DNA of 64,000 nt from an uncultured Candidatus Woesearchaeota archaeon. Lineage in GTDB: Archaea; Nanobdellota; Nanobdellia; Woesearchaeales; DSVV01. This document shows, one piece after another, positions 30,486 through 41,678 of the stretch. Made by a program: the position numbers and the translations under genes. The stretch covers positions 1,448,621 through 1,512,620 of the forward strand of contig OY970338.1 in NCBI GenBank assembly GCA_963717515.1, written 5' to 3'. Every line of letters begins with the position of its first letter. Position 1 is the stretch's first letter. The notes beneath the pieces are model-generated. The model had not been told where the DNA came from. It ran no database searches and saw only the letters and a program-made list of their open reading frames with translations.

Positions 30486-30871
30486 GCAGGAAAAAGTCGC
30501 TCGAGAACTTAGTGAAGTCCCAGGCAAGGGACAATCACGTGAAACATTTCGACCCGATAGATGCCATCTCCCATCATGTGGTAATAGTGATATTCCTTTC
30601 AATGCTGTTCCTCTTCAGCCTCGTCCTATTCTTCACCTCAGTGCAGAATCCTGGCTCTGCCACAGCCTATGCAATTATAGAATTCAAGGCTCCGACATTC
30701 ATGAACAGCATAGGCTCAGGTGTATCAGGATTCATCAGCAATGTGCGACAAAGTGAGGAACGACCCCTCATCTTGTTGACCTTGTATACCTTCTGGATCG
30801 TAATTTTCGGTCTGGTTAACATGGCTCTCTACGAGAGAAATCTCCACAAAGAGCACAGGAAGAAGAAGTGA
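30482..30871 (+). CDS. Hypothetical membrane protein (2 TM)
   Basis: Two hydrophobic helices; coupled to upstream small ORF; T-rich terminator follows. Confidence 0.65.
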   Translation: MSRKKSLENLVKSQARDNHVKHFDPIDAISHHVVIVIFLSMLFLFSLVLFFTSVQNPGSATAYAIIEFKAPTFMNSIGSGVSGFISNVRQSEERPLILLTLYTFWIVIFGLVNMALYERNLHKEHRKKK

Positions 30872-30902
30872 AATCCAGAAGGTTTTTTTATTTTTTTATT
30901 AA

Positions 30903-31910
30903 TTATTTGATAAATTGCTGAATCTTATTTGGAATTATGGCTGTAGCCTTATATTTCCTTCTTAAAATTTCCTTAGCTAGCGGGTATCTATCCCTGGGCA
31001 TGATAATATTGACCTGGGAAAATTTTCTGCCCCTGTTTACAGTCGGTTCATCAGCGCATAATCCCTGTCCAATCAGATAATTTGTGACTATTTCAATATT
31101 TTCTGTTGGGATATTAAATTTAACATCATAATTTTTTCTTGCCAGAATCACACCGTACAGGGAATCAAAAATATCTTTTGCCTTCTCTGTCTTCCAACCG
31201 ACACAACCAGGGCCAGCATACAACCCTACATTTGATTCCATTATTTGCTCAAGTTCAATCAGGCCGTATCTCTTCAAAGAAGATCCTGTCTGGGTAATAT
31301 CTGCAATGAGATCCGCGCCTTTCCTGATATATGATTCAGTCTCGCCATCAGACAATATTACCTGGACCATTTCATTGTTTCCGACAACAATCCCTTTTGC
31401 CTGGGTCAAAGGCTCTTTATTTCCATATAATTCTCTATATGTCTCATTATCCATTATCTTTTTTCTTGCCAGATTGACTAATTCGCTGAAACAAAGAATC
31501 GGCTTGTCATTCTCAAAAGATCTCTGAATCAGATCTGATAATGATGAAAATCTGGAATGATTTGGAACCGCGAGAACCAATCTGGTCTTACCATACTCCA
31601 AATCACCGATTTTCCATATCCCATTCAGATTATTATTAGTTGTCTCCTCCTGGACCCAATCATCTCCAATCAATGCAATATCAATAAGCTTCCTGCTCAA
31701 TTCAATGGGGGCACTTTGTGGCCTGGATAAGAATAGGGCAATCTCTGGATCATTCAGTATTTTCAGGTCATATCCATCTTCCATTTTTGGGACATAACCT
31801 TGAATATCATACCCGGCATCTGCCATGATCTGATATGTATTTGACCTCTCTGGATTGTTAAGGCTGCCTTTAGGAAGGCCAAATTTTATCAGCTTTTAGA
31901 TTTTTTCCAT
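30903..31910 (-). pseudogene. hisG: ATP phosphoribosyltransferase (long form) with in-frame TAA at codon 5
   Basis: MEKI*KLIKFGLPKGSL...RPQ..P, DIALIGDDW, GETE, ADLIADITQTGSSL, PTV; stop at 31896-31898. Confidence 0.75.
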
Positions 31911-31980
31911 GCTAGTGCACTGGAATTATGATTATATTTAAATATTTTATTATTTTTACCACTAATAAGAAATAACAAAT

Positions 31981-32580
31981 TTACCTGCTTGAGTCTGCCT
32001 GTCTTTCCATCTCATGCTTCTTTGAGATTGCCACTGACTGCTGGCTCTGGTTGTAGGCATGGATTATCTCGTCAGCAAGCGTTTTCTCGATAGGAGTCTT
32101 TGAGTTGAATGACTTCTGGTATGCTCCCTGGGTGAAGATCCTCAGGGTCATGTCAACCCTTCTCTGAGGCGCGCACTCGACAGGCTTTGGGTAATGTGCC
32201 CCGCCGTACTCAATCATTATTATCTCTTCTCTCGGCGATGCATTCTCTATTGCTTTGACGAGGACCGCAATGGGGTTCGTTTTTGTCCTCTGCTCGATTA
32301 TCTCGAGAACCTTTTCAGTGATGTTGAATACAGTATGGCTCTTGCCTGTGTTATGGCCGCTCGACTTGAAATGTTTCTTTGATTTGTGGCCTGAGTTCTG
32401 TATCTTGTTCATGAACCTCTCGATTATGAAGACCCTCGACTTGTGGAACCTGCTGCCTGCGTACCTTGCACCAGTGCGAGGCACATATGTCGCATCAAGA
32501 TCGATATATCTCTTAAGTCCGGGATCTTCCACCTGGATGCCCTCTGTGCTCCACCTGTTGAATGCTTTTATCTCTGCCAT
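31981..32580 (-). CDS. rps7: 30S ribosomal protein S7
   Basis: AIENASPREE, APQRRVD, ERQADSSR; operon position. Confidence 0.98.
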   Translation of the reverse strand: MAEIKAFNRWSTEGIQVEDPGLKRYIDLDATYVPRTGARYAGSRFHKSRVFIIERFMNKIQNSGHKSKKHFKSSGHNTGKSHTVFNITEKVLEIIEQRTKTNPIAVLVKAIENASPREEIIMIEYGGAHYPKPVECAPQRRVDMTLRIFTQGAYQKSFNSKTPIEKTLADEIIHAYNQSQQSVAISKKHEMERQADSSR

Positions 32581-32581
32581 C

Positions 32582-33019
32582 TTACTTCCTTGCCTTCTCC
32601 ATCCTTCCGCTCAGAAGAGCCGGGAGGGACTGGTCATTGACCTTTGTTACGCACCATCTGACACCGGGAATGTCGCCCTTTGCCCTTCCCATCTTGCCGC
32701 CGATGCACTCAATTACGACTTCGTCGTGCTCGTCTATGAGCTTTGTCGCGCCGTCCCCAGGGACAAATGCAGTGACCTGCTTCCCGTTCTTTATGAGCTG
32801 GACCCTGACGCATTTTCTCATCGCAGAGTTCGGCTGTTTCGCCTCGAGCTGTATCTTCTCAAGGACAATGCCTTTTGCCTGCGAGCTTCCGCCCAGGGGG
32901 TCTGATGCCTTCCTGAGGTCATATATCCTCCTGAACAGCTTTTTCTTGCTTAGCCTGAATACTTTCCTTCTTTTCTGCAGCTTGCTTGCAGCGTTTATGC
33001 CTTTTGATTTTTTCCCCAT
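32582..33019 (-). CDS. rps12: 30S ribosomal protein S12
   Basis: [29 protein letters not shown]. Confidence 0.99.
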   Translation of the reverse strand: MGKKSKGINAASKLQKRRKVFRLSKKKLFRRIYDLRKASDPLGGSSQAKGIVLEKIQLEAKQPNSAMRKCVRVQLIKNGKQVTAFVPGDGATKLIDEHDEVVIECIGGKMGRAKGDIPGVRWCVTKVNDQSLPALLSGRMEKARK

Positions 33020-33059
33020 CTTAAACAATTCTTCTTTTCATCAATATTAAATGATCATA

Positions 33060-33476
33060 TCACATGACCTTGATCTCCTCAAGATCAAAATACCTCTTCA
33101 TGATGTCCTCGAAATTGCGGAGGTTCTCAGCCCCCCTGCCTATCAACAGGCCCCTGCCCCTGTGGTCAGACGCCTCGACAATGAGCTTCTTTCCGTCAAC
33201 CTCGGCATTCTTCAGCTTTACAGGGTAGACGACATTCCTGAGGAATGTTATCTGGTCAGGGTTAAACTCTACTATTTTAATCTTTCTATTGATCTTTTTC
33301 TCGACAAGCCTTGCCTTGAACCCTCTCTTGCCTATGGCCCTTCCAAGCTCCTTTTCCTCGACAACGAATGTAAGCATCCTGCTCTTGTCCATGAAGCAGT
33401 CCTTTAGCCGAGTGTTCGTGATATTCTCGAAAATATTCATGTAATGCATCAAGTCTGAATCATATTTTATCTTCAA
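33060..33476 (-). CDS. nusA: Archaeal NusA (KH domains)
   Basis: GRAIGKRG, LLIGRGAENL; conserved position. Confidence 0.93.
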   Translation of the reverse strand: MKIKYDSDLMHYMNIFENITNTRLKDCFMDKSRMLTFVVEEKELGRAIGKRGFKARLVEKKINRKIKIVEFNPDQITFLRNVVYPVKLKNAEVDGKKLIVEASDHRGRGLLIGRGAENLRNFEDIMKRYFDLEEIKVM

Positions 33477-33483
33477 TAAAAAA

Positions 33484-33768
33484 TCACCTGACGATTCCCA
33501 ATACAGAGATAGAGAACGGCTTCTTGCAAATTACTCCAAGCTCGTCATTCGGGCATCGCAGCCTTATGATGCTGAACTTTCCCAGGCCTGCCATGTGCTC
33601 CACGTCATCAGCAAGCCCGCTGCTGGGGTTAGATGCAAGATATACTTTCTCGAATTTGTCAGCCCGAAGGCCCCTTATCACGCTTTTCTGGCCGATGACA
33701 GCCTTTCCTTCCTTGATTAGTCTCTTTATGTCCTCAATGTTCTTGTCTATCTTCTTTGCTTTTGCCAT
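33484..33768 (-). CDS. rpl30e: 50S ribosomal protein L30e
   Basis: ELGVICKKPFSISVLGI; between rpoA2 and nusA. Confidence 0.92.
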   Translation of the reverse strand: MAKAKKIDKNIEDIKRLIKEGKAVIGQKSVIRGLRADKFEKVYLASNPSSGLADDVEHMAGLGKFSIIRLRCPNDELGVICKKPFSISVLGIVR

Positions 33769-33775
33769 TTTCGCA

Positions 33776-34909
33776 TCATTTCTTTATCTTTGTGATCAGT
33801 CCCGGAAGCCCTGTCCCTATCGGCACCGGCTGGTTGAGCATGACATTTTCCACGACACTGTTGAGCTTGTCTTTCTCGCCGACAAGTGACGCGCTTATGA
33901 GGTGCTTTATGGGAGTCTCAAATGAGGCCTTTGCAAGGACGCTTGACTTTTCACTCACCACTCCATACCTGGTTATGCCCTTGATATGGCCGTTCACGCA
34001 CATGATGTCAGCGACTAGCATGATATGCCTTATGTCGACATTGAGCCCCTGTGCATCGATGACCTTGATGACCTCATCGATTATCGCCTGCCTGGCGGCC
34101 TCGATTCCCAGGACCTGTGCTATCTCATAGATGTTGTTTGATGTTGTCCTTGTAGGGTCGACGTATTCCAGTTCGAGGACATCTGTAAGGTTAGTCCCTG
34201 CAGTGACTATGATGAATTCATCCCCTCTCTTCACCGGAAGCACCTGGTTGATGCCTTTCACGCCGGCTATATAGAGCTCCTTGAGCTTCTCCTTGAATTT
34301 GAACAGCTGGTTTATCTCCTCGTTCTTTCCCTTCTGCTTGATTATTATCTTGTCCTGCTTGGTCTTGACATTGAAGCTCTTGGTGCTCTTGGATATTATT
34401 GCTGTCACCTTGCCGACATCAAGGCCAAGGGACTTGGCAAACTCCTTGTTCAATTCTATCTCAATCGTGAAATCCCCTATGTTCACCACTATCTCTTTTG
34501 TGACTGACTTGAGAGTGGTCTCCCTTATGAGGGATGCTATCTCTCTTATGTTCTTGCCTTTTGAATAAGGTGCCTGGAGGTATATCTCCATCATTGGTGT
34601 TGAGAGCGATTTCGATCCGTCAAGTATCTCGATTATCCTGGGCAGGCCCATCGTGACGTTCATCTCTGCGACACCTGCAAAGTGGAATGTGTTGAGGGTC
34701 ATCTGCGTGCCAGGCTCGCCGATGGATTCTGCGCCTATGAGACCAACTGCCTCGCCAGCCTCGACACTCATGTTCCTGTATTCTTTCACTGTAATCTCCA
34801 GGATCTCCTTGAGCTTTTTCTGGCTGGTGCCTTTGGGCAGGTATTCCTTGAGGTCGCTGATTATCTTTTGCGGCAGCTTATCCTGGTATTCTTCAAAAAG
34901 TTTTGACAT
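33776..34909 (-). CDS. rpoA2: RNA polymerase subunit A''
   Basis: [43 protein letters not shown]. Confidence 0.99.
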   Translation of the reverse strand: MSKLFEEYQDKLPQKIISDLKEYLPKGTSQKKLKEILEITVKEYRNMSVEAGEAVGLIGAESIGEPGTQMTLNTFHFAGVAEMNVTMGLPRIIEILDGSKSLSTPMMEIYLQAPYSKGKNIREIASLIRETTLKSVTKEIVVNIGDFTIEIELNKEFAKSLGLDVGKVTAIISKSTKSFNVKTKQDKIIIKQKGKNEEINQLFKFKEKLKELYIAGVKGINQVLPVKRGDEFIIVTAGTNLTDVLELEYVDPTRTTSNNIYEIAQVLGIEAARQAIIDEVIKVIDAQGLNVDIRHIMLVADIMCVNGHIKGITRYGVVSEKSSVLAKASFETPIKHLISASLVGEKDKLNSVVENVMLNQPVPIGTGLPGLITKIKK

Positions 34910-34910
34910 C

Positions 34911-37481
34911 CTAATCACCTGCCTGCTCAATTATCTTTTTGACATTGAGCTTCCCGTTCTCGCTTTTCGAGACATCGATATTGTCCTCTCCATAGTTGTA
35001 CTGGATGATTTTCCCGCTAGCATCCCTCACAGTCATGTCGTATTCAACCCTGAGGTCCTGGGTCGCATTTGCAAGCCTCCTGTAGAGGTATCCGGATTTA
35101 GGTGTCCTAAGGGCTGTGTCCATCAGGCTGTCCCTCCCTGTCATGGAGCCGTAGAAGAACTCGGAAGGGCTCAGCCCTGACTTGAAGCTGTTCTGGATGA
35201 AGCCATGCGCTGCTGGGCCGAGGTCATCTTTTTTGAAGCATGAGAGCGCTCTCCTGTTGTACCCCTTCTCTATCCTGTGCCCTCTCATCGCCTGCTGTCC
35301 AACGCAGCCGCTCATCTGTGCAAGGTTGAGCGGATTTCCGCGCGACCCTGACAGGTTCATGACCATCATGGATGTGTCCTTGTTGTTGTACTGGGCGACA
35401 ATTGTTCCTGTATCGTTCCTTGCCTTGTTAAGTATCTCGAGTATCTTGAGCTCAAGCGTCTCCTTTATGCTCCTGCCCGGGAAGGCCTCGAGATCTCCCT
35501 TGTTGAATGAATCGATCAGCTCGTCGACCTTCTCCTGCGCCTTCACCATTATGCTGCTGATTGTCTCATTCGCCTCTTTTGGGAGGTCAACATCGGAAAT
35601 CGCTGTCGAGAAGCCTAGCTTCAGAAGTGTCTCAATGCCGAGCCTGAACATCCTGCCCAGGATGTTGATGGTCTGCTCCGGCCCGTATCTTTTGTGGAGG
35701 TTCCTAAGAAGAAGGCCTGAGCCTTCGCCGAGGTTCGCCTTGTCCATGGTGCCTGACAGCAGCTTGCCCTTCTTTATAAGGACTTCGTTTCCTGCCCTGT
35801 CAGACCCCCTGAAATCAAAGTCGGAGGGAAGTATGCAACTGAATATCTCTTTGCCTGTCACCTCTGCTTTTTTCGGTATGTCCTTGAAATCATTGATGCG
35901 GATCGACGAGAGCAGGTCGATAGCCTCATCTCTCGTCATCTTAAGGTCCTTTGTAAGCAGGTAATTACCTGATATTGCATCCTGTATGCAGCCGATGATG
36001 CTCAGTCCGTACCTCGGGCTGATCAGCTGTGTCCTGACTTCCATCAGTATCTCAGCTTCGACCCTGGCCTCTTCTGTCTGAGGTATATGGAGGTTCATCT
36101 CATCACCATCAAAATCTGCGTTGTACGGCGCGCATACTGCAGGGTTGAGCCTGAATGTCTTGTGAGGAAGGACCTTGACCCTGTGGCACATCATCGACAT
36201 CCTGTGAAGGGACGGCTGCCTGTTGAAGATGGATATGTCGCCGTTCATGATATGCCTCTCGACATAATAGCCCGGCTGGATCTCTTCAAGGAGCTGCTCC
36301 TTTGTCTCATCTGTTATCTTCTTCTTCTTGCCGTCAGGCCTGACGATGTAGTTAGCCCCTGGATATTCTGACGGGCCTTTCTCGACAAATTTCTTCAGAT
36401 ATTCAAGATTCCACTCTGTCACCCTTTCAGGAATGCTAAGCTTCATGGCTATCCTTCTCGGGACGCCTACCTCGTCGATATCAATCATGGGGTCAGGGCT
36501 GATGACTGTCCTTGATGAGAAATTTGTCCTCTTGCCGACGAGGTTATGCCTGATCCTCCCTTCCTTGCTCTTTATCCTTGCAGTGATGGTCTTGAGGGGC
36601 TGGCCTGACCTGTGCCTTGCAATAGGGAGCTGCGCGACCTCGTTGTCGAAAAATGTTGTGACATGATACTGCAGCAGGTCCCAAAGATCCTCTATGATTA
36701 TCTCAGGCGCGCCTGCATTGATGTTCTCGAAGAGCCTCTGATTTATCCTCACTATGTCGCCCAGCTTGTGGGTAAGGTCATCCTCGCTCCTTTCCCCGCT
36801 CTCAAGTGTGATGCTTGGCCTCATGGTCACAGGCGGGATAGGCATGACAGTGAGCACTGTCCATTCAGGCCTTATATGCTTCGGGTTGAGTCCGAAGATT
36901 TCCAGGTCCTCATCAGGGATCTTTTCAAGCCTTGTCCTCACCTCTATAGGCGACAACCTCTTCTCATTCTCAAGGAATGTCGTCGGCTTCTCGATAGTTA
37001 TCTTCTGCTGCCTTGCCTTGCAGTGGGGGCATTTGTTGATTGTCCTGAGGCCCGTGATGATGTCAGCTATCATCTTCCTTCTCCCGATAAGGCCTTCCTC
37101 ATTCTCGACCTCATTGAGCTTGTCGATGTTGCTGTCTATCTTATTATTAGGGATTAGTATCCTCCCACACTCCTTGCAGCTGCATTTCAGGAGATTCAGG
37201 ATAACTCCGATATATTTCAAGTGGACTATCGGCCTTGCAAGCTCTATATACCCGAAATGCCCGGGGCATTCCTTTAGCTTGGAGCCGCAGGTCTTGCACG
37301 TGAGGCCGGGATCGATCACTCCCAGGCGGATGTCCATAAGCCCTCCGTCCACAGGATATCCTTCCTTGTCATACAGCTCCGGCGTCACGACCTTTGCCGA
37401 TGCCATCTTCTTGATGAGCTTCGGGCTAAGCATCCCGAATTGTATCTCATTGACCTTTTTGTGTACCAGTTTTTCTTCCAT
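34911..37481 (-). CDS. rpoA1: RNA polymerase subunit A'
   Basis: [32 protein letters not shown]. Confidence 0.99.
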   Translation of the reverse strand: MEEKLVHKKVNEIQFGMLSPKLIKKMASAKVVTPELYDKEGYPVDGGLMDIRLGVIDPGLTCKTCGSKLKECPGHFGYIELARPIVHLKYIGVILNLLKCSCKECGRILIPNNKIDSNIDKLNEVENEEGLIGRRKMIADIITGLRTINKCPHCKARQQKITIEKPTTFLENEKRLSPIEVRTRLEKIPDEDLEIFGLNPKHIRPEWTVLTVMPIPPVTMRPSITLESGERSEDDLTHKLGDIVRINQRLFENINAGAPEIIIEDLWDLLQYHVTTFFDNEVAQLPIARHRSGQPLKTITARIKSKEGRIRHNLVGKRTNFSSRTVISPDPMIDIDEVGVPRRIAMKLSIPERVTEWNLEYLKKFVEKGPSEYPGANYIVRPDGKKKKITDETKEQLLEEIQPGYYVERHIMNGDISIFNRQPSLHRMSMMCHRVKVLPHKTFRLNPAVCAPYNADFDGDEMNLHIPQTEEARVEAEILMEVRTQLISPRYGLSIIGCIQDAISGNYLLTKDLKMTRDEAIDLLSSIRINDFKDIPKKAEVTGKEIFSCILPSDFDFRGSDRAGNEVLIKKGKLLSGTMDKANLGEGSGLLLRNLHKRYGPEQTINILGRMFRLGIETLLKLGFSTAISDVDLPKEANETISSIMVKAQEKVDELIDSFNKGDLEAFPGRSIKETLELKILEILNKARNDTGTIVAQYNNKDTSMMVMNLSGSRGNPLNLAQMSGCVGQQAMRGHRIEKGYNRRALSCFKKDDLGPAAHGFIQNSFKSGLSPSEFFYGSMTGRDSLMDTALRTPKSGYLYRRLANATQDLRVEYDMTVRDASGKIIQYNYGEDNIDVSKSENGKLNVKKIIEQAGD

Positions 37482-37506
37482 TTTTCTTGTTACAACATCC
37501 TTTTTT

Positions 37507-39318
37507 TCAGTATTTATTGGCCAGTATCAGCCTTGGATATATGCAAAGGCTCTTGAATTCGTCAAGGAGCAGCTTGAATGCATATGCTATCTCTATGAAA
37601 TTTATCTCGACATTGTCCCCGCATATGGGGCAGTACGACCTTTTCCTCATGCTGTCATGGATGGCTATGAGCCCGCAGTTCGAGCATACCGGGACGACAG
37701 TCTTGTCCGAATCGAACCTCTCCTTGAGGAGCAGGCTTGTGCCGTGGGCGACAAACGTGTCTTTCTCCATCTCCCCTAGCCTCAGCCCGCCTTCAAGAGC
37801 ACGACCCTCTGTAGGCTGCCTTGTTAGAAGCTGTATTGGCCCTCTTGCCCTTGAATGTATCTTGTTAGCGACCATGTGCTTGAGCTTGAGATAATACATG
37901 TCTCCGATGAATATCTTTGCATCGAACTGCTCGCCTGTCATGCCGTTGTACATGGTCTCTGTACCGTTCTCCCGGAAACCCATGGACCTGAGCTCTTTTC
38001 TGAGCTCCTCTTCCGGCTCTGAATCGAATGTAGTCCCATCTATTGACCTTCCTGAAAGTGCTCCGACCTTGCCTGCAATCAGCTCAATGAGATGGGAAAC
38101 TGTCATCCTTGACGGGATCCCATGCGGTGAGAATATCAGGTCGGGGATGATTCCGCTGGCTGAAAATGGCATATCCACTGCCGGGATTATTGCACCAATG
38201 ACACCTTTCTGTCCATGCCTGCTTGTGAACTTGTCACCTATCTCAGGAATCCTCTGGTCCCTTATCCTGACCTGGACCAGCCTGTTCCCTTCCTCATTCT
38301 CAGTGAGCAGGACAAAATCTATGATGCCCCTCTCTCCATGCTTTATGGAAGATGATGATTCCCTCCTCATGCTTGAGGCCAGGTTGTATTCATCAAGGCT
38401 TGAAAGGAATCTCGGCGGCGATGTCTTGCCGATGACCACGTCATCTTCCGCGACTTTCGCCTCTGGGACGATTATCCCGTCTTCTTCAAGCATCCTGTAG
38501 TCTTTTTCTGACTTGTATCCCTTGACATCCTTGTCAGGGACGCCTATCTCATCAATGAGCCCTCCGGAATACCTGAGCTCCTCTGCGATGATAGGCCTAA
38601 AATAAGTGGACCTTGCGACCCCTCTCTGTATAGATGACTTGTTGAGGATTATCGCATCCTCCATGTTGTAGCCCTTGTAACTCATTATTGCGACGACAAG
38701 ATTCTGCCCTGCCGGGTGCTTGTCATAGTCGGATATCTCATGCATTATTGTCTGGGTGATAGGCATCTGAGGCGTCTCGAGGATGTTGACGTCCATGTCC
38801 ATCCTCACAAGATAGTTTGCTGCATAGAACCCCAGGGCATGCTTCTGGTTCTTGCTTCCTGCATTGAGCCTCGTCGATAGCAGATGGTTGCCAAACGGCA
38901 CAAGCGATGTGCATAGGCCGAGGATGTCGAATGCGACTACCTCCATATGCGTGTGCTCAGGGGTCAGCTCCTCCTCGCTGAATGCGACAAGAGCATTCTC
39001 TTCTTCCATTGCATCGACATATTCGATAATGCCCTGCTTTACCAGGTCTGACCATGAAATCTCATTCTTCTCGAGCTGGCTCCTCTGCTTCTCTGTCAGC
39101 AGCGGCTTGCCGTCTTTCACGACTACAAGCGGCCTTCTCAGCCTGCCTTTCTGGCACTCGATCCTTATCTTCTTCTGCTCCTTGTCATAAAGCAGGTTGA
39201 TGTTCTGTGACAATGCCCCTTTCCTTCTCTCAAGGAATACGCTCTCCACGAAATTGTCAGGCTCATCCGTAGTCCCAATGAATTTCCCGTTCAGATACAC
39301 TTCATCCATATTTCTCAC
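37507..39318 (-). CDS. rpoB1: RNA polymerase subunit B'
   Basis: GYNMEDA, GDKFTSRHGQKG, RQPTEGR..GGLRLGEME. Confidence 0.99.
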   Translation of the reverse strand: MRNMDEVYLNGKFIGTTDEPDNFVESVFLERRKGALSQNINLLYDKEQKKIRIECQKGRLRRPLVVVKDGKPLLTEKQRSQLEKNEISWSDLVKQGIIEYVDAMEEENALVAFSEEELTPEHTHMEVVAFDILGLCTSLVPFGNHLLSTRLNAGSKNQKHALGFYAANYLVRMDMDVNILETPQMPITQTIMHEISDYDKHPAGQNLVVAIMSYKGYNMEDAIILNKSSIQRGVARSTYFRPIIAEELRYSGGLIDEIGVPDKDVKGYKSEKDYRMLEEDGIIVPEAKVAEDDVVIGKTSPPRFLSSLDEYNLASSMRRESSSSIKHGERGIIDFVLLTENEEGNRLVQVRIRDQRIPEIGDKFTSRHGQKGVIGAIIPAVDMPFSASGIIPDLIFSPHGIPSRMTVSHLIELIAGKVGALSGRSIDGTTFDSEPEEELRKELRSMGFRENGTETMYNGMTGEQFDAKIFIGDMYYLKLKHMVANKIHSRARGPIQLLTRQPTEGRALEGGLRLGEMEKDTFVAHGTSLLLKERFDSDKTVVPVCSNCGLIAIHDSMRKRSYCPICGDNVEINFIEIAYAFKLLLDEFKSLCIYPRLILANKY

Positions 39319-40802
39319 CTGACCCCCTTCAGCCCCATGTTTTTCAATACCTTGAGGATATCCTGCTCATCATCCTGCTTTGACACCTGTGAGAGCAGTG
39401 AAAGGTTCTTCCTAAGGCCTATGTTTGTCCCTTCCGGGGTCTCTATGGGGCAAAGCCTGCCCAGATGGGTGCTGTGAAGCTCCCTGGCATCGAAATTCTC
39501 CTGCGTCGCTGACAATGGTGAGATCACCCTCTGCAGGTGGCTCATGGTCTCGAGAAAATTGAGCCTCTGGATCCTCTGGCTGATTCCCTTCCTTCCCCCG
39601 ACCCAGTTGCCTGTAGCCATGGAGGTATACAGCCTCTGTGTGAGGAGCTTGTCCCTGATCACAACCTTTATCGACGGGAACTTGCCCCTCTTTACGATTC
39701 TCTGGAAATTATAGAGCATGTCACCTATCAGCACCTTCAGATTCACCCTGAAGAGGTCTGCAAGGAGGTCCCCGCTCATCTTCACCCGCTTGTTCATGTA
39801 ATGGTCCTTGTCATCAAGAGGGATCTCGCCATTTGAGACCTTGATGAATTTTTTCATAAGCTTGCATAGGTTGAAGGCCTTGAACAGCCTGTCCTCCTTC
39901 TCTGTTCCGAGGTGAGGCAGGAGATACTTGTCTACTATCTCGCCCATCCTCTCTATCCTTATGTCTTTTGACTGTGTTATGCCTATCCTTTTCGCGATAT
40001 TGTCCAGAGCGTCCTCTTCGTTCTTGAGGCTGTGGAATTCCAGCAGGTTGATGTATATGTCGTCATTCTGGGCATTGTCAGACACCTGCTTCATGATATC
40101 CTCGTCCTTGACAAGACCCAGCGACTTGAGGATTATCACCAGAGGTATCTTCTTGACCCTGGTGAAAGTTATGTAGAATATCCCGTCCTTGTGCTTCTCC
40201 ATCACATGAGGGATCTTGAATGAGCCCCTCTCAGAGAATATCTTGCCCTGGAACCTGCTCGGGCCTATCTTGTTCTCCTCGACCAGGAACTGGTTTGCAG
40301 CCAGGTCCTCGATGTTGATGAGCACCCTCTCGGTGCCGTTGATTATGAAGTATCCTCCAGGGTCGTATGGATCCTCGTTGTTTGCCACCAGCTCTTCCCT
40401 GCTCAGCTTGTTGAGATGGCAGAATTTTGATTTGAGCATTATTGGAATGGCTCCAACCTGGGTCACAAAGGATTCCCGCTGAATGCCGTTGATGTGGGCA
40501 CTGACCTCGATATAGCATGGTGCTGAATAGCTTATCTTCCTGAGCCTTGCCTCTATGGGGAATATCGGCCTCTTCGATCCGTCAGCCTCTGTAATCTCCG
40601 GTTTGGTTACCCATATCTTGTCAAGCCTTATCTTGAACTCATCGATATTATGAGGGATTATCGTAGGCTCGATTATCTTGTTCTCATTGATTATGACCTG
40701 GAGCTCATGCTCAATGAAATAGTTGAACGATTCTATATCAGATTCAACGAGCGAATGCTCGTTGAAATACTTCTTTATCAGGGTTTTTGAGGTTTTATTC
40801 AT
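39315..40802 (-). CDS. rpoB2: RNA polymerase subunit B''
   Basis: DPGGYFIINGTERV, DKDHYMNKR, CPIETPEGTNIGL. Confidence 0.99.
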   Translation of the reverse strand: MNKTSKTLIKKYFNEHSLVESDIESFNYFIEHELQVIINENKIIEPTIIPHNIDEFKIRLDKIWVTKPEITEADGSKRPIFPIEARLRKISYSAPCYIEVSAHINGIQRESFVTQVGAIPIMLKSKFCHLNKLSREELVANNEDPYDPGGYFIINGTERVLINIEDLAANQFLVEENKIGPSRFQGKIFSERGSFKIPHVMEKHKDGIFYITFTRVKKIPLVIILKSLGLVKDEDIMKQVSDNAQNDDIYINLLEFHSLKNEEDALDNIAKRIGITQSKDIRIERMGEIVDKYLLPHLGTEKEDRLFKAFNLCKLMKKFIKVSNGEIPLDDKDHYMNKRVKMSGDLLADLFRVNLKVLIGDMLYNFQRIVKRGKFPSIKVVIRDKLLTQRLYTSMATGNWVGGRKGISQRIQRLNFLETMSHLQRVISPLSATQENFDARELHSTHLGRLCPIETPEGTNIGLRKNLSLLSQVSKQDDEQDILKVLKNMGLKGVR

Positions 40803-41049
40803 TTACGACACACCTGTAATACACTGCCTCTCCTGCTGTCGGGCTGGGACGCACTATCTTTATCACATCCCCTACAGTGACATTGAGGGGCTGGATGATA
40901 GGGTCCTTTGCCGAGATCTTGGGCAGCTCTTTTATTGTTATGTTGAGCTTCTTGAGAAGGTCGTTCTTGTCTTTCTGGGTGAGTTTTGCGTGCTTCGGAA
41001 CCAGCACGTGAGTCCTAACATCGAAACTGACTTTTTTGTTTTTTGCCAT
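40795..41049 (-). CDS. rpoH: RNA polymerase subunit H
   Basis: HVLVPKH, LPKISAKDP, RPSPTAG..YYR. Confidence 0.99.
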   Translation of the reverse strand: MAKNKKVSFDVRTHVLVPKHAKLTQKDKNDLLKKLNITIKELPKISAKDPIIQPLNVTVGDVIKIVRPSPTAGEAVYYRCVVNE

Positions 41050-41164
41050 CTGGAATCTCTCCTTATATATTTACATGGGTGCAAAAATCTTATTGACACC
41101 CCCCTGCCCCGCTGCCGGAGCACACCCGATAACCGGCCCCTTATCCTGACGACCTGGTTAGTTA

Positions 41165-41252
41165 TGGGCCCGACGAGGTTCGAACTCGCGACCACTCGAT
41201 CCCTTCCGGAAAGTTAAAAGTCGAGTGCTCTACCAGGCTGAGCTACGGGCCC
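41165..41252 (-). tRNA. tRNA-Lys(TTT) with ~14-nt intron at 37/38 (about 41201-41214)
   Basis: GGGCCCG acceptor; TAGCTCAGCCTGGTAGAGC; CTCGA-CTTTTA[intron]A-TCGAG; GTTCGAAC. Confidence 0.92.
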
Positions 41253-41310
41253 TTAAAGATTTGGGACCGTATCCCAGAGTCTCCAGGTTCCTTGTCCCAA
41301 ATCTTCAATA

Positions 41311-41431
41311 CGCCCTGGCCGGGACTTTCTAACGACCTCCTTTTTCCATGAAAAAGGCAAAATATCGTTTTTCGAACCCGGGTCGAAGCCTCGACAGGGC
41401 TTCATGATAGGCCGGACTACACTACCAGGGC
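41311..41431 (-). tRNA. tRNA-Asp(GTC) with ~46-nt intron in the T-loop (about 41325-41370)
   Basis: GCCCTGG acceptor; AAGCC-CTGTCGA-GGCTT; CCGGG TTCGAA[hairpin insert]T CCCGG. Confidence 0.9.
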
Positions 41432-41678
41432 TTTTAGGCTAAACTATGCATAAAATCCTCCTATAATTAAAATAAGCACAAATTGGCCTTGTCTTTTGAT
41501 TTTGCGCTCTAGAAGGATTTTTCATAGTTGACTTCTAACTTTTTTTTCTCTTTATAAACATTACTGTTTTTTGATATTATCGCTATATAATATGCATCAT
41601 AATACAAGCCCTGGACTGGCCTGCATTCATCGCGGAAATCCAAAATACATATATATTAATTAATTTTTGCATTAATGA

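Noticed and set aside
33756-40518. Long antisense ORFs over the rpo genes (e.g. 36754..37779, 35182..35964)
   Set aside because: Shadow ORFs opposite highly conserved genes
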